Positions 32,307-40,848 of a stretch of DNA of 64,000 nt are shown here, in pieces. The stretch spans positions 1,583,363 to 1,647,362 of the forward strand of contig OZ243932.1 in the NCBI GenBank assembly GCA_965214035.1, in the 5' to 3' direction. The position numbers were made by a program, and so were the translations under genes. The notes below the pieces were generated by a model that had not been told where the DNA came from, made no database searches, and worked only from the letters and a program-made list of their open reading frames with translations. How positions within the stretch are numbered: position 1 is the first letter of the stretch; each line of letters begins with the position of its first letter. Source of the stretch: Gammaproteobacteria bacterium (lineage in GTDB: Bacteria; Pseudomonadota; Gammaproteobacteria; JAJDYQ01).

Positions 32307-34046
32307 ATGAAGGCAACCACACACAAGCCCCCCCAGCCATCCCCCGAACCGACGCCTGTCCGCCCCCCTGCAGCATTCACACGCCGCGACATGGCCGCCG
32401 CTATCGGCCTCGCGCTGCTCATTGCAGTCAGCTATTTCCCGGCCCTGACAGCCGGCTTCATCTGGGACGACATCATCTTCACCGAAGAGCCGGTGATACA
32501 CCGCTGGTCAGGGCTGTGGAACATCTGGTTCTCACCGTCCGACATCCGCAAGGAAGGCCACTACTGGCCGATTGTCTATACCACCTTCTGGCTTGAACAC
32601 AAACTGTGGGGACACGCACCGCTTGGCTACCACCTTGTGAACATACTGCTGCACATCATCAACACCCTGCTGATATGGCGACTGATGAAGCGGCTCAACG
32701 TACCCGCTGCCCTGGCCATTGCCGCCCTGTTTGCCGTTCACCCCCTGCATGTAGAATCGGTAGCATGGATCATCGAACGCAAGGACCTGCTCTCGGCACT
32801 GTTTTATCTGGCGGCGATACACACCTGGCTGCGCCACAACGAAGCACCACACCCGCTGCGCTATGGTGCGGCGCTGCTCTTGTTCATCGCCGGCCTGCTG
32901 TCAAAATCAATCGTCATTACCCTGCCGGCCGCGCTGCTGATATGGCACTGGTGGGCACAGGGGCGCATCCACCGCATCGACATACTGCGGCTGCTACCAT
33001 TTTTTATTATCGGGCTGGCCATCACAGCCGCCGACCTGACCTACTACAACTGGCGCGAACCACTCGACCTCGACTACTCGATCATCGAACGAATCCTGAT
33101 AGCGGCGCGCGTACTATGGTTCTATGCCGGCAAACTGCTGTGGCCGGATGACCTGATCATCATCTACCCGCTATGGGAAATACAGGCCGGCGACCTGACC
33201 GGCTGGCTGTATGTTGCGGCGGCGGCCGTGCTGCTGGCAGTGCTGCTATACCGCCCATGGGGCCGCGCCCCGCTGGCCGGCATCCTGTTCTACACCATCA
33301 CCCTGTCACCGGTACTGGGATTCATAGACTACGGCTTCATGCAATTCTCACTGGTGGCCGACCGCTTTCAATATCTGGCCGGTATCGGCCTGATAGCAAT
33401 ACTGACCGGCACCGCCGCCCGCGGCATCAGCCGCCTGAACGAGACAGGACAGCGCACAGCGACCGGCGCATTCATGGTGATACTGGCAATACTCGGCACA
33501 CTCACCTGGCAGCAATCGAAGCTGTACCGTGACGACCTCACCTTCTTCAGCTACATTCTCACCCACAACCCGCAGGCACGCGATGCCAGTCTCAATCTCG
33601 GTGCCGCACTGCTGCGTGCAGGCCGCCTGCAAGAAGGCCTCGCCGCCAGCCAGACCGCACTCCGGCAGCGCCCCGACTCGGCCACCGCCAACGCCCACCT
33701 CGGTTATGCACTGCTGCTCATGCAGCGCCTGGACGAAGCCGCCGTCAGACTTACCCGTGCGCTGGAACTCGACCCCCTCAATGAACAGGCACTCGACTAC
33801 CTCGCCAACATACGCTTCAACCAGCAGCGATACGAAGAAGCGCACACCCTGTACCGCACCCTGCTGCAAGTGCGCCCCGCAAGCGCCCAGACCCACCTGA
33901 ACCTGGGTGCCGCGCTGTACTACCTCGGCCGCCGCGAGCAGGCCCTGGCCAGCTTTGAACAGGCACTGTCCCTCGATCCGCACCTGCCGGCCGCCCAGGA
34001 AAGCACCGCCCGACTGCGCCGCAGCCTCAACAAAAAAAGCCGCTGA
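32307..34046 (+). CDS. TMTC-like GT-C family membrane protein with C-terminal TPR repeats (paralog 1)
   Basis: 579 aa. It has a polytopic N-terminal domain with GFIWDD in the first loop and FAVHPLHVESVAWIIERKDLLSALFYL, followed by TPR repeats. It is strongly similar to the 38159-40699 protein over the membrane domain. Visibly GC-rich. Confidence 0.75.
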   Translation: MKATTHKPPQPSPEPTPVRPPAAFTRRDMAAAIGLALLIAVSYFPALTAGFIWDDIIFTEEPVIHRWSGLWNIWFSPSDIRKEGHYWPIVYTTFWLEHKLWGHAPLGYHLVNILLHIINTLLIWRLMKRLNVPAALAIAALFAVHPLHVESVAWIIERKDLLSALFYLAAIHTWLRHNEAPHPLRYGAALLLFIAGLLSKSIVITLPAALLIWHWWAQGRIHRIDILRLLPFFIIGLAITAADLTYYNWREPLDLDYSIIERILIAARVLWFYAGKLLWPDDLIIIYPLWEIQAGDLTGWLYVAAAAVLLAVLLYRPWGRAPLAGILFYTITLSPVLGFIDYGFMQFSLVADRFQYLAGIGLIAILTGTAARGISRLNETGQRTATGAFMVILAILGTLTWQQSKLYRDDLTFFSYILTHNPQARDASLNLGAALLRAGRLQEGLAASQTALRQRPDSATANAHLGYALLLMQRLDEAAVRLTRALELDPLNEQALDYLANIRFNQQRYEEAHTLYRTLLQVRPASAQTHLNLGAALYYLGRREQALASFEQALSLDPHLPAAQESTARLRRSLNKKSR

Positions 34047-34122
34047 CCCGCTAAAAATGCACAATGGACAGCAAAATTTGCGCAAATCCGGCCTGAAGTC
34101 CGGTTTTTCACTCTGTAGCTCA

Positions 34123-36638
34123 ATGGCTGCGGTGCAGCCTGCCTACCCTGCTGCTCTGTCTGCCGCTGCTGCTCGGATTTTCCGGCGCGGTACAGGCGCA
34201 GGCTATCCTGTCCATCGAGGGGCCCGACGATACCAGTGAGGGAAACTCCGGCTCGCAGGACCTCACCTACACGGTCAGCCTGTCGCAGCAGATAACGGGC
34301 AGAGTGTTATGGCGAGTCTGTTTCAGTGGTACGGCAACACGAGATACTACAGGGCGTATCACGCCTCCGCTGGGCTCTGATTATGTGGCCCGATTCGCTG
34401 GAAATCCATTCGGACTAAATTGTACAGACAATGCAGGATTAGGCTCCGCTATTTCTTCCACCTTACTCTCCAATACTTTCGTCGGCGTTGGCATATTCGG
34501 CGACACCACTCCCGAACCCAACGAAACCATTACCGCCACCCTGGAAATAACCCAGGCACACGGCAGTGTCACTCTTGGCACTGCTATGACCACCTTCACC
34601 ATCCTCAACGACGACATACCGATGGTGAACATCACCGCCGCCACCGTGACCTTCACCATGAATCCGCCCAGACTGCAGCGTTTTAATATCGAGCTTTGCC
34701 TCGGTGGCACCGCCGAGCGCGGCAGCCATGCGGACTATCAGTACACATTCCTGGATAACACAGAGCCTCGTCTTAGTAGTGGTTGTAGAGATCTGCTTAT
34801 ACTCCCTGACAATCCATCCTTCAGCCGCAAAATCCGGGTCAACGGAGACAGCCTGTTCGAGGATGACGAAACCGTCATGGTCAGCCTGCGACCAGTCAGT
34901 GGTGTGGGCAGTGGTTTGGGCGGCAACTCCGATACCCCCCGCCGATGTCATCATCTCCGCCACTGACGGCAGTGTCACCTACACCATCCGCAATGACGAC
35001 CGCACCGGCGTCACACTCAGCAAAACCGCACTGACCCTGTCGGAAAACAGCGGCACCGACAGCTACACCGTGGCACTCACCTCACAACCGGCCGCCAATG
35101 TCACCGTCACGGCCATGGCCAGCGGCATCACCCTCGACAACGGCTCCGGCGGCAACACCCTGACCTTCACCTCGATGGACTGGCAGCGGGCACAGACGGT
35201 GACGGTGATGGACTCCGAAGCGCTGCGCGAGGACCGAGTGGAGTTGACTCATATGGCGACCGGTGGTTATGACGGCGTTACGGCGGTCATGGAGGTACGT
35301 ATCACGGGCGGCGATATGGCCGAGATGCAGGCGGCGCAGGCGCTCTGGCTGCCGCGCTTTGGTCTGACGGTGATTGAGCACATGCTGGACGGGCTGGATG
35401 AGCGTTTTACCGCATCGAGTCAGCCCGGTTTGTCGGGGCACCTGCACGGCCTGCCACGGGGTCAGGCGCTGCATGCGACCCGCTCTGGTCAGGCTGCGGA
35501 CTCTGTTTCAACGGGCCTTGAGCCGTTGGGAGCCGGTTCAGTGGATCGTCCGCATTCACTCTCGCGCACGCTGTCCTTGCCGAAGCTGCTGCCGTCTCTG
35601 CTGCGTGGCAGTCACTTTACACTCAGTGATGAGCACGGTGTCTCGCTCTGGGGTCGGGCGGCGTATTCGGGCTATGAAGACGGTGCAGACGGCCTCAGCA
35701 CGGACGGTGAAGTGACCACGGCCCTGCTGGGTATTGACCACAACAGCGGTCAGACGCTGCTGGGTCTGGCGCTGACCTACAGCGACAGTGATGGCGAATG
35801 GCAGGGTGAATCGGATGAGGGTGAGCTGTCCGGCACGCTGGCCTCTATCCTGCCGTATGTGCGCCATGACCTGACCGAGCGTCTGCAACGGTGGGGTGCG
35901 GTCAGTTATGGTCAGGGTGACTTGCAGCAGACTTCACAGACCGGTATGGAATCGGAACACGATCTGGAGCAGTGGTCTGCCACGGCCGGTCTGCGTGGCA
36001 CGCTGCTGGAGCGTCCGGTAGAAGAGGGCGGCTTGACTGTGCGCCTGACCTCGGACATGACGCTGGCCCGTATTGAGTCGGATGACTCCGAGGTGATGGC
36101 CGGTACCGAGGCGGACACACAGCGTTTGCGCATGGGTCTGGCCTGGTCCTGGCAGATGCTGGACAAAGGCTTGACCGTCGAGCTGCGCGGTCGCTATCTG
36201 CTGGAGCAGGAGGCTTCCGAGCGGCAGGAGTGGGGTCTGTCCGGTTCACTGCGTTACAAGGCGCGGCCGGACTCGGCGCATGGTCCGTCGTTCAGTCTGC
36301 GTCAGGAATACGGCAATGCACCGGCTGCCAGCGGTCTGGAGCGGCTGTTGTCGGACTCCCTGACGGATGCGTTGAAGGAAGACAACTCTCAAACCGCCGA
36401 AGTATCGAGTCAATGGACCCTGAAAGGCGAGTGGGGCTTTGCCCTGCACAACGCCACCGGCATCCCCTATGCCAGCCTGTCGGCGTCCGATGCCAAACGT
36501 GACCTGACCCTCGGCTGACGCCTGCTGTCAAACCCGTCCGGCCGGAAATCGGAACTCGATATCAAGGCCATCCGCCGCCAGCAGAATAATAATGATCAAA
36601 ATCATGGCATTGGCGCGGAATTAAGGCTATACTGGTAG
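34123..36638 (+). pseudogene. Calx-beta domain autotransporter adhesin, copy 2 (frame problems plus premature stop)
   Basis: A good signal peptide (LPTLLLCLPLLLGFSGAVQA/QA) is in a different frame from the only ATG (34123). The frameshift at C6 34935-34940 is the same as in copy 1. TGA at 36516-36518 replaces the TGG of copy 1 and removes the last 40 aa of the beta-barrel. Confidence 0.8.
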
Positions 36639-36679
36639 CCTCCATTGGTCAGCCGGTTCCTCTGTTGGCCGGCTATTAC

Positions 36680-36730
36680 GGGGCCGGAAACCCTCCTTGT
36701 ATAACGCTGTACCTCCGGCCCCGCTTTTTT
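36680..36730 (+). terminator. Rho-independent terminator of autotransporter copy 2
   Basis: GGGGCCGGA (36680-88) ... TCCGGCCCC (36714-22) followed by GCTTTTTT. Confidence 0.7.
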
Positions 36731-36855
36731 GACACTTAAACGCTTTTCCACGGTAAAGCCCGCACTCCTGCACCCCAATGATAAACCGAGTGCCTCATCC
36801 CGACTGCATGACATGAGTTAGCTTGTGCAGGGTATGGCAACACAGCATCAGGTTA

Positions 36856-36864
36856 TGCTATAGT
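36856..36864 (+). promoter_or_regulatory. Possible extended -10 promoter element (TGcTATAGT)
   Basis: Lies about 150 nt upstream of the GT2-GtrA gene, just outside the repeat boundary. Confidence 0.3.
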
Positions 36865-37010
36865 CTCCAGCCGGATACCGATTCTGATGGGTGTGCCGGC
36901 AGCGGTTCGGGTTTGCCGCTTGCCCGCTGTAACCGGTTCCTTATGTCATCCCGGACAGCACCGGGATATCAATTCCCCCGACACAAATTGTTCGCACAGG
37001 AAAATATGTC

Positions 37011-38159
37011 ATGGATGATTGTGCCGCACGATCTACGGCCCCTGATTCGTCAGTCTCCATCGTGGTGCCGACATACCGGGAAGCGTCCAATATCACGATG
37101 CTTGCCGAGCGCATAGGCAGCGTATTAGATGGTTCGGGCATTAAGTGGGAGCTGGTGCTCGCTGATGATAATTCGGATGATGGCACCGATATGCTCGTTA
37201 CCGACCTTGCACATCGATTACCCATTCGCGTGGAGATGCGGTGTGAATCGCCCCGTGATCTTTCGCATTCGGTGTTGTTCGGAATCGAACGTGCCCGATT
37301 TGACCGGGTGGTGGTCATGGATGCCGATCTGTCACATCCACCTGAACGCATTGTCGATCTGCTGCATGCCCTTGATGAAGGATATGACATGGTGCTCGGC
37401 AGCCGCTATGTACCGGGCGGATTCTTTGACCGTGGATGGAGCTTGTGGCGATTCACGAATTCGCATGTGGCGAGATCACTGGCACGCCCGCTCACGGATT
37501 GTGCCGACCCCATGTCGGGTTTTTTTGCAATGAATCGCCGTATGCTGCCCGATCCACATAAATTGCAGCCTGTCGGTTACAAAATTGCTCTGGAACTGAT
37601 GGTACGTGGACGACTGCAAATCACCGAGGTGCCTATCGGCTTTCGTGACCGCCATCAGGGCACAAGCAAGATGGGCTTGCGTCAGCAGATTGAATACCTG
37701 CGCCACTTGTATCGCTTGTATGTGTTCCGGTATGACGGCCCGGTGCGACTTGCATGTTTTGCCCTGGTCGGAGCAAGCGGCCTTTTAATTGATGTCGCTT
37801 TTTATCTGGCTCTGCAGTGGGCCGGGATCGAGCATCGTATGGCGCGATTTTGTGCATTCTGGCCGGCTGTCATCTGGAACTGGTTGATGAATCGGCGGGG
37901 GGCATTCCGAGATCGTTGTCCGGAAACTCATCTGCACCGGTGGACAAGGTTCGTTATCGGTAGTCTCACAGGTCTTGTGATCAATGTCGGCAGCTATACA
38001 GCACTGACAAGCTTTGTCGATGTGTTTGATCGTCACCGGCTGCTCGCCTTCGGATTGGGTGTCGGATTAGGGGGGCTGGTCAACTTCCTGCTTGCCACAT
38101 TTTATGTTTACCACCGTCATGCGGCACCGACACAGACATCAGGCGGGGCCGGCAACTGA
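37011..38159 (+). CDS. GT2 polyprenyl-phosphate sugar synthase (DPM1/Ppm-like) fused to a GtrA-like 4-TM domain
   Basis: VSIVVPTYREASNI, DDNSDDGT and VVVMDADLSHPP are DPM1/Ppm-type GT2 motifs. The C-terminal ~130 aa have four hydrophobic helices of GtrA type (FALVGASGLLIDVAFYL...NWLMNRRGAF...). AGGAAA precedes the ATG. Confidence 0.8.
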   Translation: MDDCAARSTAPDSSVSIVVPTYREASNITMLAERIGSVLDGSGIKWELVLADDNSDDGTDMLVTDLAHRLPIRVEMRCESPRDLSHSVLFGIERARFDRVVVMDADLSHPPERIVDLLHALDEGYDMVLGSRYVPGGFFDRGWSLWRFTNSHVARSLARPLTDCADPMSGFFAMNRRMLPDPHKLQPVGYKIALELMVRGRLQITEVPIGFRDRHQGTSKMGLRQQIEYLRHLYRLYVFRYDGPVRLACFALVGASGLLIDVAFYLALQWAGIEHRMARFCAFWPAVIWNWLMNRRGAFRDRCPETHLHRWTRFVIGSLTGLVINVGSYTALTSFVDVFDRHRLLAFGLGVGLGGLVNFLLATFYVYHRHAAPTQTSGGAGN

Positions 38160-40699
38160 TGGGCAGGGTGAAACGGCGGCCACAGACTGCTGCACAAGAG
38201 ACGCTAAAAACGGCTCAAAACCAACTGGCAGGCAGTCCCGCCGAATCTGACTGCTCCAGACATCTGTCGGCAGCAGGACCCGGCGCATTCACTCGCCGCG
38301 ATATAATGGTCGTCCTCGGCCTCGCACTGCTCATTTTGATCAGCTATTGGCCGGCGCTTGCTGGCGGCTTTGTCTGGGATGATGTCGCCTTTTCCAAAGA
38401 GAAGACCATCCATCAATGGTCGGGCCTGTGGAAGATCTGGTTTTCGCCGTCTGCCATCGGCAATGAGGGCCACTATTGGCCCATTACCTATACTACTTTC
38501 TGGCTCGAACACAAGCTATGGGGTCTGGAGCCATTCGGCTACCATCTGGTCAATGTATTGCTGCATGTGACCAACACCGTGCTGCTGTGGCGGCTGATGC
38601 TGCGGTTTTTGGTGCCCGGTGCCCTTGCCATCGCGGCACTGTTCGCTGTCCACCCCCTGCATGTGGAATCAGTCGCATGGATAATCGAGCGCAAGGATCT
38701 GCTCTCCGCATTATTTTATCTGGGCGCGGTATTTATGTGGGTTCGTTTCATCGAGGCACCGCATCCGGGGCGTTACTGCGCGGCACTGGTGCTGTTTGTG
38801 GCCGGTATGCTTTCGAAATCGATCACCGTCACTCTGCCGGCCGCTCTTCTCATCTGGCACTGGTGGTCATATGGTCGCATAAGCAGATATGATGTACTTC
38901 GATTGGCACCTTTTTTTCTGGTTGGGCTTGCTGTCACGGCTGCCGATCTCATGTACTACACCTCACGCGAGTCGCTTGCGCTGGGCTATTCGTTCGTTGA
39001 GCGGATATTAATCGCGGCACGTGCATTATGGTTTTATGTGGGCAAGCTGCTATGGCCGGTCGATCTGATGGTGATTTATCCATTGTGGAAAATACAGGCC
39101 GGCAACCTGTTCGACTGGTTATATGTGGCTGCCGCTGTGGGACTGACAGCCACATTGTGGTTCCTGCGCCAATACCTGGGCCGCGGACCACTGGCCGGCG
39201 TCCTGTTCTTTGTGATCACTCTCTCACCGGTGCTGGGTTTCGTTGATTATGGCTATATGAAGTTTTCGTTTGTGGCCGATCGCTTTCAATATCTGGCCGG
39301 CATTGGCCTCATGGCGCTGCTGGTCGGCAGTGCGACTCTCGGCGCAAGCCGCCTGCCTGACAGGCTGCGGCATATAGTCACCGGCATGTTTGTGTCTGTG
39401 CTGGTCGTGCTGGCCGCTCTGAGCTGGCAGCAGTCAAAAATTTATCGTGACGAAGTGACATTTTTCAGCCATATCGCAGAACATAATCCGGCAGCCCATC
39501 ATGTGTATATCAACCTCGGCAACTCGCTGTTCAGAGCAGGCCGGACCGAGGAAGCCTATGCAGCAAGCCTCGCTGCCGTGGAATATCGGCCGGGTTCGGC
39601 CAAGGCACATACCAATCTTGGTTACGCACTTCTGTCTATGGAGCGCCTCGATAAGGCGCAGGTGCATCTGTCGCGGGCACTTGAGCTGAATCCCCGCAAC
39701 ATATTCGCCCGGCAGAATATGGCCCAACTGAAACGCCAACAGGGACGCCATGAGGAAGCTGTTGAACAATTCAGCGAAATACTGGAAAAAAACCCGTCAA
39801 ATGCGCGTGTCCATGCAGGTCTTGGATTGTCACTCTACGATCTGGGGCGCCACGAAGAGGCTATCGCGTCCATGCAAAGGGCGCTTGAGCTTGAACCGCA
39901 GTCAGATAACGCTCCTGTTCTACATGCATTTATCGGTCGCGCATTACAGGCGCTTGGTCAGCTTGAGGAAGCAGAGCAACGGCTTCTGCATGCTATGCAA
40001 CTGTTGCCGGACGATGCGAAATTACTGATTGATCTATCAAGTCTTCGCACCGAGCAGCAGCGCTTTGACGAAGCCGATGAGTACCTGCAGCAGGCACTCG
40101 TGATAGCACCGGCAGATACTAACGTTCTTCAGTACATGGCCGGCAGGCTCAATAATCAGGGGCAACACGAACAGGCCATTGAGTCGTATCGTGCGGTACT
40201 TGCCATTGACCCCGAATTTGCCATGGCCTATGCCGGCATGGGCCATGCCCTGTATAAGCTGGAGCGTTACGAGGAGGCTATCGAGTCGTTTGATCGTTCG
40301 CTACAACTACACTCTCACCCTCCTACCGCGACGGCCCGCCTTATATTGATGGGCAAGGCGTCGGAAAAGCTCGGTCGGGCCGGAATGGCAGTAGAGTATT
40401 ATGAACGTGCGGTTGAAATTGATCCGAAAAGTGCCGAGGCACTCGACCATCTTGCCATGACGCGCTTTACGGGGAAACGTTACGACGAGGCTCTTACCCT
40501 GTATCAGGCCATGCTTGAAGTCCGACCTGAGAGTCCTCAGATTCACTCAAATCTGGGGGCGACGCTGGTCTATCTCGACCGACCGGAGGAAGCATTGGCA
40601 AGCTTCGAGAGAGCATTGGCCCTTGACCCGGAGTTTGAAATCGCACGTAAAAGCATCAAACGGTTACGCCAGAGCCTGGAACGGAAGTCTGCCGAGTAA
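38159..40699 (+). CDS. TMTC-like GT-C family membrane protein with long C-terminal TPR array (paralog 2)
   Basis: 846 aa. The ATG overlaps the TGA of the GT2 gene (TGATG). It has GFVWDD and FAVHPLHVESVAWIIERKDLLSALFYL, and then many TPR units through to the C-terminus. Confidence 0.8.
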   Translation: MGRVKRRPQTAAQETLKTAQNQLAGSPAESDCSRHLSAAGPGAFTRRDIMVVLGLALLILISYWPALAGGFVWDDVAFSKEKTIHQWSGLWKIWFSPSAIGNEGHYWPITYTTFWLEHKLWGLEPFGYHLVNVLLHVTNTVLLWRLMLRFLVPGALAIAALFAVHPLHVESVAWIIERKDLLSALFYLGAVFMWVRFIEAPHPGRYCAALVLFVAGMLSKSITVTLPAALLIWHWWSYGRISRYDVLRLAPFFLVGLAVTAADLMYYTSRESLALGYSFVERILIAARALWFYVGKLLWPVDLMVIYPLWKIQAGNLFDWLYVAAAVGLTATLWFLRQYLGRGPLAGVLFFVITLSPVLGFVDYGYMKFSFVADRFQYLAGIGLMALLVGSATLGASRLPDRLRHIVTGMFVSVLVVLAALSWQQSKIYRDEVTFFSHIAEHNPAAHHVYINLGNSLFRAGRTEEAYAASLAAVEYRPGSAKAHTNLGYALLSMERLDKAQVHLSRALELNPRNIFARQNMAQLKRQQGRHEEAVEQFSEILEKNPSNARVHAGLGLSLYDLGRHEEAIASMQRALELEPQSDNAPVLHAFIGRALQALGQLEEAEQRLLHAMQLLPDDAKLLIDLSSLRTEQQRFDEADEYLQQALVIAPADTNVLQYMAGRLNNQGQHEQAIESYRAVLAIDPEFAMAYAGMGHALYKLERYEEAIESFDRSLQLHSHPPTATARLILMGKASEKLGRAGMAVEYYERAVEIDPKSAEALDHLAMTRFTGKRYDEALTLYQAMLEVRPESPQIHSNLGATLVYLDRPEEALASFERALALDPEFEIARKSIKRLRQSLERKSAE

Positions 40700-40848
40700 C
40701 CGTGCGCATCACCCTGATGGCTTGTACAGAATAGCGCACCGCTGTAAAAAATGGTAAAACGATAAAGAGTGAATATTTATTTTATTGTAATTGCAGAAAA
40801 TCAGTTCACAATAGTCAGGTCAATCGCAACAGCAGATTCAGGTACCGA

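Larger units (their letters stand above)
34100..36736. repeat. Inverted-repeat copy 2 (2637 bp) of the autotransporter element
   Basis: Matches the reverse complement of 4008-6328. It contains 316 extra bp (34144-34459) that are absent from copy 1. Confidence 0.9.

Noticed and set aside
32275-32310. 11-codon uORF (METQQYQPTNP) whose TGA overlaps the ATG of TMTC-like paralog 1
   Set aside because: It has no SD and is very short. An ATGA overlap can arise by chance, so the evidence is not enough to call it.
31377-34085. 289-aa ORF antisense to dapD, and 181-245-aa alternative-frame or antisense ORFs within TMTC-like paralog 1
   Set aside because: These are antisense or GC-rich artefacts. The sense frames carry clear family motifs.
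34104-34143. tRNA-like string TGTAGCTCAATGG at the inner boundary of both repeat copies (possible att or tRNA fragment)
   Set aside because: Only about 13 nt resemble a tRNA D-arm. The following bases do not complete a D-stem, anticodon arm or T-arm, so this is probably chance.
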